Counted from the stretch's first letter, positions 24,681 to 40,211 are shown. The stretch: 64,000 nt of DNA from Octopus sinensis (GCF_006345805.1 NC_043000.1:98766001-98830000), one strand, 5' to 3'. The notes: generated from the letters alone by a model not told the origin. Translations and numbers: made by a program.

Positions 24681-25213
24681 AGCCCATCGGATGGCCTGTA
24701 CATTTGATATTGAAGTCCATTCCGGTTACTATGATTATACTGAGAATAAGTTAATGGTATACGTGTCTAAGGAATCCTCAGCCACGTTGCACGCGCTGTT
24801 GATTCAGTTTATCGAACGACTGGACGCTTATAAGTCAAAACAGGCGGATAGACACACAGGCATATCCACACACACACACACACACATACACACACACACA
24901 CACACACCACACACACACACACACACCACGCACGCACATACACACACACATACACACATGCATGTATGTGTGGTTGTGTGTGTAAGTAATTTAAGCTGCG
25001 GATAGGAAGCCTTGTGGTATTTTTTCCGGCTGTCTACGGTCTGAGTAAAAGTACCGTGTCCTTTCTCTGAAAGAATTGGTCTTCCGGGATGCAGCAAAAA
25101 TAGGGAATAGGTTTACGAACCTCTTATACAGTGGCCCAAGGATTTCATTGCTTCACTTCCATACTAGCATAAAAACTAATAATGTTTCGCATATAACCCT
25201 TTATTCTCTTTTC

Positions 25214-25251
<38 letters not shown>

Positions 25252-25939
25252 CGTGTGTGTGTGCGTGCGTGTGTGTGTATGTGTGTGTGTGTGTGTGAGT
25301 GTGTGTGTGTGTGTGTGTGTATACACAAACACATACACACATCCATTCTTTATTTGGGCTTTGAATTTCATCTCTTGGAGTGATTAAGCAATTCTTTCTA
25401 ATTTTAGTACAAGACTAGCAATTTTTAGAAGGGAGGAGACAAGTCGATAACATCGACCCCCGTACTAGTCAGATACTAATTTTATCAATCCCGAAGAGGT
25501 AAAAGATTAAGTTTGCTTCAGCAGGATTTGAACTCAGAATGTACCGGGCGAGCACTTTGTTCGACATTCTAAATGTTCTGCCAATTCTCTGTCTTTGGGT
25601 TGATAAAATAAGCTACCGCTGAACTACCGCAGATTCAATTATCGACAAATTCCTCTCCCTGCCTCTTAGAAATCAATATTCTTATTAAACCGAACGTAGT
25701 AGCAGAAAAATCAATAACGCATCGATAAAATGATTGAGACATTCAGTTGCACAACACTTTCGAATCTTGGCGAAACAGATTTTGCATTTTCTCCTTCCAT
25801 GTCGCGATCTAGAAGGTACCAGTAATATACTCAATTAAATTTAATCGACTATTCTTTCTCTCAAAGTTTATTTTAAAAATCATTTTCATTTTGATGGATT
25901 AGCAGAATAAGCCTAATATTATTTTTACATGTCCCTTAA

Positions 25940-26152
25940 GGCGGCCAGCTGGCAGAATCTCTAACCCGCCGGGCAAAATGCTTAGGGGCATTTCGTCCGT
26001 CTTTATTTTCTGAGTTCAGATTTCACCGAGGTTGACTTTGCCTTTCATACTTACGAGGCTGATAAAATAAGTACCAGTTGAACACTGAGGTCGATGTAAT
26101 CAACTTACTCCCTCTTCCGAACTTGCTGACTACGTGCCAGAATTTGAAACCA
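25940..26152 (+). mobile_element. SINE family A with degenerate TSD
   Basis: ggcggccagctggcagaatc ... tttgaaacca, flanked by aatatt..ttt..tgtccctt on both sides. Older decayed copies lie at ~25400-25870. Confidence 0.8.
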
Positions 26153-27525
26153 ATATTTTTCTTTGTCCCTTTAGGTTTCGTGGTCACTTCGCTTTACTTC
26201 TCCTCCGAGAAACCCTTAATAACTGTTGCTGTAACAAGAAAGTATACAGTATAATCTGTAAAGCATCGAATAGGTGCCACTAAGCACTAGCTAGTTCTGC
26301 TAAAAATAATAGTCAAATTTACTTAAAAATTACATTCTCTTAAAACAAGTAAGAGTTATCGGATGGTGTGGCCCATTGTCTACAAAATCCAAATATATTA
26401 ATAAGATTAGCATGTAATGTCCACAACTAGAATTCTTTCGAAATTATATCTTCCCGGTCAGGTTGGGTACACTTGTGGTTAAACAACACATTCACAACAG
26501 CAACCACAACGGCTAGGCGGTATATCGAGCCAACGTAGAAGACTTTACTTAGCAGCTTGACCTGCAAGATATAGCAGCCAAATCTCCATCAAATTACACC
26601 CATATTGCATTTTATAAAAAAATATAGAACACGTTGGATAATGAAGTCTTAGATACACTTACTCTTTCATCAAAATCCGGGATGTTCATGGTCGGAAGAC
26701 CTTTGATCATATGTCTACCCGAACATTCCTAAAGCGTTGCTCACCAGCAATAACAATTTTTGTATTTTTAGTTGCATTCATTTACGTTCTCAGTTCAAAT
26801 CCAGACATTTCCGACGTTGCTTTTCATTCTTCTGTGTTCGATGCTATACAGTACAATTTGTTGTTGTTTTGCCTATTCTTGCCAATGACTATTCTGTCTT
26901 TTTTTCCCTAAGTCAGGAAATCCAGAACCACATCCTATTCTATGTCTTGTTTCAATCCCTAAACTAGACGAGTTGTGCCTATATTTGAAAATCATTATTA
27001 TAAAAATGGAAGCGGGGGATTCGTAGAGGGACAAAGAAAATACTTTGTGGTATTCTTTTGTGTAACTTTCCGTTCTGACTTCAGATCTCAGTGGTTAACT
27101 TTACCTTTGATTTTGCAAGGATCGATAAAATAAAAATATCGTCCAGGAAACAGTTAACGCCACATCTCTCTATCTCTTTGACGCTTTTCTCATTGCCTGG
27201 TAGTCTCTCACTCCATCTATCTAGTAATTTTTTTCTCTCTCTCTCTGCTTCTGGAACAATAAAATCAAGTACAACAGAGGTTCTCTGGAACTTTTGGTTC
27301 CCAAACCTTTCCGGGTTATTAATTTTTTCCCGAACGAGAATGACCAACTCTAAATTAAACCATATTAAATTTACTTAAATAATTAAATAAAATATAGTTA
27401 TTTATAAATTCACGTAAATGACACACATTTATTGATACTCTACCGAGTAAGGTATTGTGATACTGGTAACCGTGGGGATTTGGAGTTCCTGCTTGTAAAC
27501 TAATGCGACAGACGTGTCCGGAAAG

Positions 27526-27740
27526 CTACTGTTGTATCTTATTACAATGCATGGCCTTATGTTCGTGCCAGAAATAATTACGTTGATTTTTAATACATAA
27601 AGGTGAAGGAATGTGTTTATGTTCCGAATTGTAGGCGCCGGTTTTGCACCAGAGTAGCTGAAATTTTGCATTGGAAACATCTTTACATTGAGGATGGCAT
27701 CGAATATGTGATTTCCTCAAAAATTTGTTCTTTTTAGCAC
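27526..27740 (-). CDS. Candidate terminal coding exon of an unidentified host gene
   Basis: The acceptor ttcttttgtcag|GT at 27741 opens a 71-codon frame (xAKKNKFLRKSHIRCHPQC...HCNKIQQ*). AATAAA follows ~95 nt after the stop (27428-27433, minus). The sequence is non-repetitive; no homology recognised. Confidence 0.35.
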
Positions 27741-28247
27741 CTGACAAAAGAACTAACAGTATTATGTACCCATAAGCTATACAAAAGATATAGAAAAGCT
27801 ATTGATTAATAAAAATAATTCATATAGAGAAATTATGTAAATTAACACCGTATTTCGAAAAAAAGCATGATTTTCCCAAAATTAAAAATGCTGAGAGGAA
27901 ATATTAATTTTGGTTCTGCATTTTTTAACTTTTTTATTATATACTTTCCTTGCTGATAAGCACGAACTGTCTTTTATATTGCTAGTTGTTTAAATCATTA
28001 GACTGCTGCCATGCTGGAGCACCACCTTTAAAAGGTTTTTAGTTGGACAATCAAAGTAATTATTTTAAAATCTGGTACTTCTATCAGTTTCTATAGCCAA
28101 ACCACTAAAGGTGACGTAAACAAACCACTATCGGTAGTCAAGTGGTGGTGGTAGTGGGGCAGAGATGCAGCAGACACACACATATACAAACATAAACGTA
28201 CGCCCACACACACACACACGCACTCGCACACACACACACACACACAC

Positions 28248-28577
28248 AAACTCACTCACACATAAGGCCTTAGTGGGCCTGGCGGATTCTATTTATAAAA
28301 CATTTACCCTAATGGTTGCAAAGCGAACTTCTTAGCCACACAGCCGTGCCTGTACCTATTACACTGACACACATGCACCCACACACGCGTACACAAACAC
28401 GCACACACACACACACAACACACACACACAAACTCACTCACACATAAGGCCTTAGTGGGCCTGGCGGATTCTATTTATAAAACATTTACCCTAATGGTTG
28501 CAAAGCGAACTTCTTAGCCACACAGCCGTGCCTGTACCTATTACACTGACACACATGCACCCACACACGCGTACACA

Positions 28578-28590
<13 letters not shown>
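28248..28590. repeat. Tandem duplication, period ~182 bp, bounded by (CA)n
   Basis: aaactcactcacacataaggcc...acacaaacacgcac is repeated identically at 28248 and 28430. Confidence 0.9.
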
Positions 28591-28609
<19 letters not shown>

Positions 28610-28885
28610 AAAACACGTAGACATAGACACACACACACACAAACACGCAGACATAGACACACACGCACACACACACTGATGAAATTAGTAATGTACTGCC
28701 AGAAAAAGAGTACTCAATACCATGGTACTGATGAATGATATTTTATTTTGGCCAGGTTAGTTTCGTACTACACTGAGTTTCAACTGTAGGTACATAAGAT
28801 CATCAGATAAGTATCAGCTAGCCTGATGATCTTGTGTAACTACAGGTGAAACCCAGAGTGTCTACAGACTGACTCGATCAAACTA

Positions 28886-28916
<31 letters not shown>

Positions 28917-29176
28917 TGTATGTATGTATGTATGTATGATTGCATGCGTTGTATGTATGTATACATAAAAGATGAATGCATGTTTTAAGCTGGAAGTCGC
29001 AGTTTTATACCTTAGCAACTGGTATTTTCGATAGTGGAATATGTTTTCGAAGAGAATTTAAATGCTATTTAAATCTTTCAGATGATTCCTATAAAATGAA
29101 GCAACGTTGATTAATCTCGCTACTTACGCATAAATATATTATTTCTTTCTTCTGCCTTCTCCGCCTTCAATCTCTT

Positions 29177-29218
<42 letters not shown>

Positions 29219-29486
29219 CCTCTCACTATTCCTCTTCTTCACTCACCAACTATCTGTATCTAGCAATCTACTTCTATCATGTACTTCATCAAGTTGTTAA
29301 TTGCTTTCCAAGATCCTGTTTCAGCGACCAATCTCTAAGATTCACGAAGTTAGTCTGCTTCCCCGTTTGTGTTCCAAGTTGACATTACAACTGTCTATGT
29401 CTTTGTACGTCTTTCTTATAGTCAGTTCTCCGTCTTACTCTGACTCATGCACTCTCTCTCCTCTTCTTTATCCATCTCTTTAGTTG

Positions 29487-29581
<95 letters not shown>

Positions 29582-30096
29582 CATACCTCTCTCTCTATAT
29601 ATCTTCTACTGTAGAATTACATTTATAAATATGTATGTATACATTCATATACACACACATATTTATATATATATTTTCATACACGCATACATAAATATAG
29701 ATATATTTATATTATTTACTTGATAAATGACAAAGGAGCAGTGCCTCGCGGCTGGTTCAGCATTAAAGGATAGTGCTTAGAAGATAATTGTGTAGTGCAT
29801 TACAAGACTTTTATCAAACGGTTATAGTCCCATACATACATACATGAATGCATGCATGCGCAGTATATATATATATACATATATATATATATTGTATATA
29901 TATTGAAATATTTAATAATAGTTTAATTCAGCTTCGCATGACTTAATGTTCCGTACGCACTTCAGAGAAACCTCTCTCATCATATGTAAAGAGGTATACC
30001 ACGCATCCACGAAACATTAAGTCATGCGGCGATAGTATGATGAATGCTACATTTTTTCGTTTCTTCACTCATTCGTATATATATATACCCGCATAT

Positions 30097-30171
<75 letters not shown>

Positions 30172-30617
30172 ACACACACACACACACACAACACACACAC
30201 ACGCACATACACATACTCAATCACCCACATACACACACATTTTAACTAGCCGAAATTTACAAAAATAAATCAACGACCACGGGTTTCGTGGTGTGCCAAA
30301 TACTAAACTTTATACTCATGTAGTGCGCTCTATTTATCCTGTTTGTTCTATCCGTCCCCCACCACAGAATCAGGTACTAGATTTGTTAAAATAATTGTCG
30401 TGATCAATACAGATTCTCGTATCTTGCATCTTCCGTTTTCTCTCATTAATCAAATACCCAGCGAACACTAATTTAGTGAACGTGCGTTACCGGCAAGCTA
30501 ACAGGTGTTTATCTTACGATTTATTATCTAATTGTGTATGTGTATGTGTTTGTGTGTGCGTCTGTGTATATATATACATACACACAGACATATTATATGC
30601 ATGCATGTGTGTGTGTG

Positions 30618-30665
<48 letters not shown>

Positions 30666-30678
30666 ATATAGTATATAT

Positions 30679-30980
30679 GGAGGCGCAATGGCCCAGTCGT
30701 TAGGGCAGCGGACTCGCGGTTTCGATTCCCAGACCGAGCGTTGTGAGTGGGTGTTTATTGAGCGAAAATACCTAAAGCTCCACGATGCTCCGGCAGGGGG
30801 TGGTGGCGATCCCTGCTGTACCCTTTCGCCACAATTTTTTCTCACTCTTTCTTCTGTTGGCCTGCTCGCTTAGCTAGCGGGGTGGCGTCATTTGAAGGCT
30901 AAAACAATGCGAAGCGCATTGTGACCAGCGATATGTAGCAACATCTGATACCCTGGTCGGTCATGGTGATCACGGTGATA
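30679..30980 (+). mobile_element. SINE family C (tRNA-derived head ggaggcgcaatggcccagt...ttcgattccc)
   Basis: A/B-box-like head. A related minus-strand copy lies at ~17870-18060 and a related tail at ~61345-61450. Flanked by (TA)n. Confidence 0.75.
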
Positions 30981-30989
30981 TATATATAT

Positions 30990-31071
<82 letters not shown>

Positions 31072-31072
31072 T

Positions 31073-31119
<47 letters not shown>

Positions 31120-31429
31120 TTGGAAGTGATATAGTGTACTAGCAGCACACTAAATGAATTACTGAAAGCATTCTAGGCTGACAGATGTTCGTTTTCGAGT
31201 TATTTCACAACAGCGCTTCAATCCAATCAACTTATGAAGCAAAATGTGATATTTATTTATTTATAAAAAGGTTATATGAAAATTAGCAAAACTTTAGGGC
31301 TGAGCTCGTTAACGTTATATTTCAAAGTATGGAAGTTGACGTATGATGGAACAATCAAATTTCATATAAAGAAGGAACAGAGAGTATAGGTTTGGGTCAC
31401 AAATGATTAAGTAAATAATGAGATAGATG

Positions 31430-31508
<79 letters not shown>

Positions 31509-32147
31509 AGAGAGATAAAGAGAAGGGATATCCTGTCAGTCTTGTTAGGGCTCATGTGTAGGTGCATGATTAAGAGACTGTGTTTCGACTTTCAGTCCGA
31601 ACTTCGAGAAAGCTATTCTGTTACTGCCCCCGGCCATTTAAAGTTTAGAAGAGAACTTCGTAGATGGAAACTACGCAGAAGCTCAGTGCTTATACATACA
31701 AATGCGTGCACGTTTGTGTGTGTATGTATACGTGTGTGCATTATGTGTATGCGTGTATGCATGCGCCTATGTGCATCCTCTTGTTTGTGTTTGTTTCACC
31801 TGCCGCTTAACAACCGGTGTTGGTTGTTTACGAAACTGCAGCTTAACGCTTCGGCAAAAAAAAAGATAAAATAAGTATCAAACATGAAATGAATCCTGGG
31901 GTCGATTCTATCGATGAGCCACTCCAATGATGTAGTCAAACAAACAACATTGTCGTAGACGAACGATCAAAATCAGCAAAGCAATAAATGAGTAAAAGAT
32001 ATATAGAAAATGAAGGAAGAAAACAAGAGCAAAAGAAAGTACGGAAGGAGAGAGAGGGGCGGGGTGAGAGATGAGAGAGAGAGCAGAGAGAGAGCAGAGA
32101 GAGATAGAGAGAGAGAGAGAAGAGAGAGAGAGAGCAGAGAGAGTGAG

Positions 32148-32178
<31 letters not shown>

Positions 32179-32501
32179 TAGCAGAGAGAGAGAGATAGAG
32201 AGATAGATAGAGAGAGAGAGATAGAAAGAGAAACGATGAGCAAGGATGGAAAATAGAAATGTTTATGGAAAAGGGAATTTAATAGGATGTTTGTGAAAGA
32301 ATATTAGAAAAAAATATATCTCTGTATCTTATCAGTGCTTACCATAACAGATAAAAGACAGTATTGGATAGATGTTTATGCCAAAAGAGTATATATCAAA
32401 GGAGGGGAATAACTTATTAAATGTGTATTATAATAAAAATAACTACATAGAAACATTTGAAGGAGACTATGTTGTGTTATGTATGCATATTTTATGCATT
32501 A

Positions 32502-32548
<47 letters not shown>

Positions 32549-33028
32549 GTGTATATGTCCTATGGTGTATAGTTCTACATACACTTATATGTATGTATGG
32601 ATATAATATATATATACCGTATGTATATATATATATATATATGTATGTATATATATAGATGTATATAATATATATATATATATGTATATATATATATTCA
32701 TATATATGTATATATATATATATATATGTATATATATTTATATATATGTATATATATATGTATATATATGTGTGTGTGTATGTGTGTATGTATATATATA
32801 TATATACCTGTATATATGCACACACATACATATATATGCATGTATAGAAGAACCTGGCTGAGAACTAACAGCCGTTTCGTCAGTCATTTAGTTATCTAGA
32901 TTCATCACGATTTCGGCGCTGGAAATGCTACATCAATCGTTTGTAGAAGAGAGAACAAGAAGCTTTGCCTATAAAAAACTTAGAGGACGGAGACTTAAGT
33001 AAAGCACACACACACACACACATACACA

Positions 33029-33088
<60 letters not shown>

Positions 33089-36000
33089 CGTGTGTGTCAC
33101 TGCGTGTTTCTTTGTGAGTTTGTATGTATGTATGTATGTATGTATGTATGTATGTATGTATGTATGTATTTGTTTGTGTCTTTGCTATGCATTTGCCCCT
33201 CATCACCGCTTGACAGATGGTTTTGGTTTGTGTGCTTCCTCGTAATGAAGCGGTCCAGCAAATGAGACTGATGGAATAAGTGCCAGGCTCTGCAAAATAT
33301 TAACAGGCACCAGGGTTGAATTGTTCAACCAAATCTCTGCAAGGGAACGCCCCAACATGGTCACAGTCTAATGACTGAAACAAGTAAACGATAAAAGATA
33401 TTGATAGATACATACAGATACTTACTCGGTAAATCCTGTATACATTTACTATAGTACAAATTTGGATGTGACCCCTAATGTTTATTTTGCAAGCATTTTT
33501 CTACGACAAATGCTTTCCCTGATCTACATTTCCTTATCTTCCATATTCTACGATATCTCCCATATGCAACGCAATTCATGGATCATTTCCTTTGAGTCTC
33601 CTCTCTCCGATTTCCCTTAACTGTTTGCGAAATACATAAACACTAACTTGCAGAGATACACAGATACACACGTACATTTACACATTCTCTCTGACACACA
33701 TATATTACGCATACACACACAATCGTATACACATGCACATAGAGTCCTAATTAATTTGGATAATTTCAAGAAATTCAGAATACGTTTCACAAAATTGATT
33801 TACATGCTTCAGGGCTAATTTGATCTTAGTCAACTTGCTGACCTTAGTAAAATCTTGATAAATCTAATCAGTATTGAAACACGAAATTCTACCTTAACAT
33901 TTGTGGCCTTGTGCCCATATTAGAAATCAATATTTTCACACATGTGTTGAACAGCTTCGTCAAAGGAGAAAACCATGTTGTTTTAGTTCAGCTTCAAGTC
34001 AATTCGGCCGAAACAGACTTATAATAAAATGCCTTCCATTGATGATCAACCGTTTTATTTTTTCTAAATGTGTCTAGGAATACACTCTGACATCTTCCCT
34101 TTCAATTTGTCAAGAGAGTTGGGTATGTTTTGAAAAAGTTTTGGCTATTACTTTCTACATGTCAATTTTCTACATGTCAATTAATAGTGCAGAGACGAAT
34201 TGTTCTTCACGTGGGTAAGAAATCTGTCACTGAATGTATGTTATTTTCGGAGTTGATGTCACGGGTCATACGTACTTTCTAAAATCCTTTGAAGAATACT
34301 AAAAAAAAAAAAAGCGATCAGGCGATCATCGCATCAACATACAATTAAAGTAATGGGCAAAAAGAAAAATATAGAACACCCCTTTGTCTTCATCCATCAC
34401 AAATGAACTGAAATGCAAGAGCAAATAATATTTTTATCTAAAGATGTCACTTATTTGTGGTAATTAGAACGTTGTTCTTTAGCTGCAGCCTATCGCACAT
34501 AGTCGATCTACTGTTTTCATTATTGTTGCTGTTCTTTAGTCTCAGGACATTTCTGATCGAGCTGACCTATGACGAAAGGCGTTCTCCGAATAAGCACTTC
34601 TCGTGTTAACCTGGTGTTTCAAGGGCTACACTCCCCGGAATGTCTTTTCTAAAAAAAACAAAAGAAAAAAAAAACACACACGGTAGTATGATGACATTAA
34701 GTATATGTTTGATCGTTATATCTCGTTGGTCGCGCAATCACATAGGAACTCTCTCGCTCCATAGTTGGGAGTTGTATTGTAAATCTTAGTAGTGGTTGGA
34801 GGGTGGAGTATTTTCTGGAAGTGAGGAGGTAGGTCTGTCTCTTTTTAAACAGTCACTGCTACATTAGTGATGTGCGTTTACATGTTGAGATCCTCAGTGA
34901 TAGTAAGGTCAAATACTTATAGTGACTTTGAGGGTTCTAGTTGCATGTGGTACATGTAAACATATTGCGATAATATTTTCTTACGTGTAGTTTCTTTGAC
35001 CTTGTATTGTTGAAGGTGGCAATATTTGTATAATTTCGTTGGAGTATGTTTTCGATGTTTCTGTTCATGGAGTCAGTTTAGCATGAAGGTTTAGCATAAA
35101 GGTCTAGATTGCATGAAGATGACGCTTGGGTGTTGAAGGTTAGCGTGAAAGGAAGAATAGTGTCACTGGTGTAAGAGTGGTGTTGGCCCACTCTTTTTAA
35201 GGGTGTAGGGTGTGAATTAAGAGGAATTTAACAAGTGTTTCTGGTAGGTCAAGTGATCACGTACACGTTCCATTGTTGGCTCATATGATATGAGTTATTG
35301 AATATATTACAAACTTACAATTTAAAACACATACGAATGAATGAATTCAGCTCTATGTGTTTCAGATATAAGTTTGTGATTTCGCTTAGTCTTAAAGACT
35401 TTGAATTTCTGTTTCCTTCATTGGTTCTTATAAATCTTTTGAAGGGAGGCACTCTTGCTATGCTCTTAGTAGCATGCGCCAATCTATGTTATGCAATGGA
35501 TGTCTGTCTTCTTTCTAAGGGCTTTGGTGAGTGAATTCGTAAACCTGCTTGAAAAGCAAGTTTGCTGTTAGCGTGAAGGTTAATTATCTAGAATTGTTAG
35601 CACAGGTGATGCACTGTAGTACAGTTTGTTAGAGTTACCAATTAATTAACAACTTATTTGTATATCATTTTACTGCTTCTTGGAGGTTATGTTGGATACA
35701 AATATTTACCAGTTTTCTTATTTTTGACGCTTTACATTGTTAATTTTTCGTTTACTGTTTGATTTTTAGTTTTATTTGCGATATTTCTGAATAAGTATTT
35801 TGTATACTTTAGCATTTTTATTAAGTTTTTTTCTTGTTTCAGTTGTGTAATTAGAATTTGTGTTTGTTTATATTACCTTGTGGGATGCGTTTCTGGAAGC
35901 TTCTACAATTATTTTATCTAATATAAGCTATGCAGTAACAGGATTGGAGATTACGGTACAGTCCAATTTGATGAACCTTAAATATCTCTTATGTAAGAGA

Positions 36001-39000
36001 AGTTTCGATGGTAGGGTTTTGAAGTTTGTGAAAATGTTTATTTTGATTATTGATGTGTGAATGCTTTGAAATGATGAAAAACATTCGCTGAGATAGAATT
36101 GGGAAATGTTTACCATGTTGTACTCCTAAGTGTTATAGTTATCTCGGCTTGGTATCTGGGCTTATTTAAGTGGATTGTGAACGATAAAAAAATTAAAAAA
36201 AAAAGAATTTAGATATGTTGCTATTGTATTAGATCTTTTCGTTTGCTATATTGGTTTTCTACAAAGATGTGATGTGCGCACTCAAGTTTTTTCAAATTAT
36301 GGTTGCTTGGCAGAGAATTAACGCAGTAGTTGATGGGTGTTTTGGGATGGTTCGTTGGTTGGTTGGTGAGGTTGAAAGTAATATGTTTACATATATTATA
36401 GGAATGTTGATAAAGTTTAACTCCAGTACAACACTGATCAAAGATGTTTCCGTTGCAGTTACCTTTTAATATCTACAATAACATTCTCCTATATAACAGT
36501 TTTTTTTCTTACACCTGCAATCAGTGATTTTGGGCAATATTTTGGTCGGTGTTTCTAGAAGTATGAAGTCACAATGGAACAGTTAATTTCTCAGCTCATA
36601 AATCATGTGCTATTTGTTGTTATTTAGATTTAGGTCAGCTCTGATCGATAAACTTATGAAGGAAAGGCGCGGCGGCTGTGAACACAAGACTGTATCTAAG
36701 ACCACATTGTCCAATGCTATGTGTTCTTCCTTCTCTTAAAACAGTAAGGTGGGATTTCATGGAAGTTTGGTTGCAATTTCTGAAGACCACATAGATACTT
36801 CTACTGTGTTCCTTCTTGTAATTTACCACAGGTGACTTAATGTCTGTTGTTATTGTCTAAAAAATGAATCTGTAAGAATATAGTACTAAATGCAGAATTG
36901 CATACTTGTTACAAGCTAGATATTGTGACGCAGCATAACTTGTGCTATTGTGACGCAGCATAACTTGTGCTATTTACAGCATTTTTAGATCATGTTTTAC
37001 TGTTGTTCTTTTTAAATCTTTTTAAACAGGAGAGATTGTAGCACTAATGAGTTTCCACAGCAAGTCTGTGACTTGTGAGAGGGAGAGAGGAAGGTGCTCT
37101 TAACTGTAGACTTGGTCAGAATGCTTGCAACTGAGTGGACTCTGCTAAAGGCACACAAGGTGTTTGGTGGGAAATAATAAAGAATCTTTGTTCCATAAAA
37201 AGAATTATGAATATCTATTATGAATCTGTGGAGAACATTGGCTATTTTCGCTGTTTTGTGAGTGATATGACTTGAATTTGAATATTGGATGTTGTTCTAC
37301 TTGTCATAGCCGCAGGTTTGTCATGCTGGAGCAAAACTTACAATCAAAGATTGCATTATCCCAATATCCTTCAATATGTAACTCTATAGGGTTATGTTTT
37401 AGAGAGATGATTAAGGGATAAGGTATGACTGGTGTTGTTCATATTTTAACCTAAGGCATTATTAATACACTAGCGTTGTTATTTTTTGTGTAGAACCAAT
37501 ATAGTATTTGGGTGTAGTTTAACCGAGTCTGTTCGTGGTTTTGCCTTATCTTTTTATATATTCTACGCCTACAGTAAATTTTGTGGAAAGGTTATCGGCA
37601 ATAATTAAAATTTTCAAGGATTTCTTCTTGATTCATAATCAACACAGTCTTCACAGTTGATGTATTTCCTTGACACATTTGCAATATTATCAGGAGACAT
37701 GTTAATAGTTACTTATGAGATTTCAAGCATTTCGACAGATAATTAGAAGTTTCTCAACCAAACGCTGAATGATCTTAGAATCTCAGAAGAACGTGTTTGA
37801 TTTTCCGATTTCTTCAAAAAAAATTGGTTCTAAATGATTGTATCGGCACGCTATAAAATCAAATCTTTTTTTACTCGTCGGGAGTTTAACAAATTGCAGT
37901 TATCTAACTTTTCGTATTCCTCATAATGTTGTATGTCACGACTGAGAGGGTTTCCCCGTGGAAGCTTTAAACTGTGTATATAACACAGACTGCATCCTTG
38001 AAGCAATAACACCAAAGCTTATAAAAAAATTCTAGCAAGTCTTCGACTCTAAATCTAGCTGGTCAGGAAATAATGTAATAATTTAACTCAACAAAATTGG
38101 AACGAAATATTCAACGAAGATTCTTATTCAGTCAAAAACAAAGAATAAATTTCAGGAGTAAACAGGTGCTTTTCACCAGCAGTCTATTTAATTTGTTTTC
38201 ATTTAAAGTTAAACTAAAATCTACAAAAACGTACCAAGTGCAAATCCAGAAACCTTACACCTGTTACATTTATGTTTAATAACCCTCTCAATTTTAGGCT
38301 CCAGAACTAGACGGTTGAAATTCTGTTAAGCATTTTGTTCGGCGTGCTAATAACTCTGCCTGCTCACCGCCTTTAATTCTTTCTACTATAGGTACAAGAC
38401 CTGAAATTTTCTGAGGATGTGCTTGTTGATTAAAATAAGTGCTTATGCGACACTGATTCTATCGATCCCGGAAAGATGATAGTCAAAGTCGACCTCTGTC
38501 CTGCGAGGTAACGATCCTGTCAGCTCGCTGCCTTTGGCTATGTTTAATCAATACACCCTTCCTTAATACGCATTAAATATTGTAAACTTAATACACATTA
38601 ACTGTTGATCGCCCCATTAGAACCTTTTTATTAATTACCCAATAATACATTTGGCATTAGAGAACGTTTGCCTAAAGCTGTATAGGTATATATTAGCAAT
38701 TCGTGTTTCCCAATATTTCTATAAAAATGTTTTCGGTAAAAATACAACAAAATGTTTTCCCTGAAGCAGCATTAGTAAACTAACTCCAATCTCTTAAGGT
38801 GTAATCCCTAGAACTTAGAAGAGAGAGCTACAACTTTATTTGCGCCTAGAATATACTGAAAAGTGAAGTACTTGACTTTGGTATATTGAATAAACACACA
38901 AAGAAGAATACCTTATCAATTGCTCGATTTCACGTCATTTAATACGCGGCATTTCGTCACAGTAACCATGTCTTCTGTGAACGCACGTCATTTAATTTTT

Positions 39001-39729
39001 TACCTATATAAATCAGAAACGCTTCTTATAATGCATAAGCTTTATTTTCGTATGACTCAGACCCCAATTTTTCTCTTACGATATAACATCTTCAGAATGT
39101 TATGAACCGTGTAGAATATACAATCCTTCAATTCACAGGTTGCCCAACAGAAATATAAACATACGAGGCTTTAAAAATTACACAAGTAAAACAGCTGCAC
39201 GAATACTGAACGCCATAAGTAATAATAACAAAAACAAAAAGAAAATGTTCCTGTATAGGAAGTAGTAAAATGAATTTAAAAAACGATGGTACAAAGTTCG
39301 CAACGTTCTACTTTCTCATTTTTCGATTAACTAAAAGCCAATTAAAGATAACCCAAAATATGTAAATATTATAATACACAATTACACACACACACTGACA
39401 TACATACAAAACTATATTAATATGTACGTGCGTTCGTGTTTGTGTAACTATAACATCTATATATATATACATATATATAGTCAATCAAAAAAAAAAAACA
39501 CAGAGAAAGCAGAAAAAACACAAATGAATGTTTAGACGTGACACAGGAAATGTAATGATGAGATTCTCAAAGAAGGAAAAAAGTAGTAGTTTTACGTTTC
39601 GAGCAGAGCTTTTCTTCGGAAACAGAAAAAACAAGAATGTCCAAGACGAAAGAGGAGATAAAAATCGCCAATAATCACGTGTGGTTACATTATATGCTTA
39701 TATACATATACATACATACACAGATACAT

Positions 39730-39750
39730 ACATACATACATACATATTTA

Positions 39751-39816
<66 letters not shown>

Positions 39817-39861
39817 CTATCTATCTATCTATCTACCTACCTATCTATCTATCTACTATCT

Positions 39862-39910
<49 letters not shown>

Positions 39911-39952
39911 TATCTATCTATCTATCATCTATCTATCTATCTATCTACCTAC

Positions 39953-40012
<60 letters not shown>

Positions 40013-40026
40013 ATCTATATATATAT

Positions 40027-40076
<50 letters not shown>

Positions 40077-40080
40077 ATAT
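39730..40080. repeat. (TATC)n + (TA)n compound microsatellite
   Basis: Seen directly. Other (TATC/GATA)n arrays at 20085-20175, 21142-21328, 29488-29580, 31422-31478 and 62930-63005. Confidence 0.95.
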
Positions 40081-40096
40081 GTATATGTATATATAA

Positions 40097-40211
40097 TTGC
40101 TGCGTGGAAGGTGTTTATAAGCCATTTAAGAAATACACAAAACCGTTAGATTCACTTCAACATTTAAATTTAATTTGTCTAAATGGCTTATAAACACCTT
40201 CCACGCAGCAA
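40097..40211. repeat. Perfect 32-bp inverted repeat at the edge of a (TA)n array
   Basis: ttgctgcgtggaaggtgtttataagccattta (40097-40128) / taaatggcttataaacaccttccacgcagcaa (40180-40211). Confidence 0.88.

Noticed and set aside
32860-32912. gtgatga...gaaacggctgtt on the minus strand in a TA-flanked island
   Set aside because: The core is altered and stems I and II cannot be formed; at most a very decayed remnant.
36921-36974. 25-bp perfect tandem duplication
   Set aside because: An ordinary local slippage duplication with no further structure.
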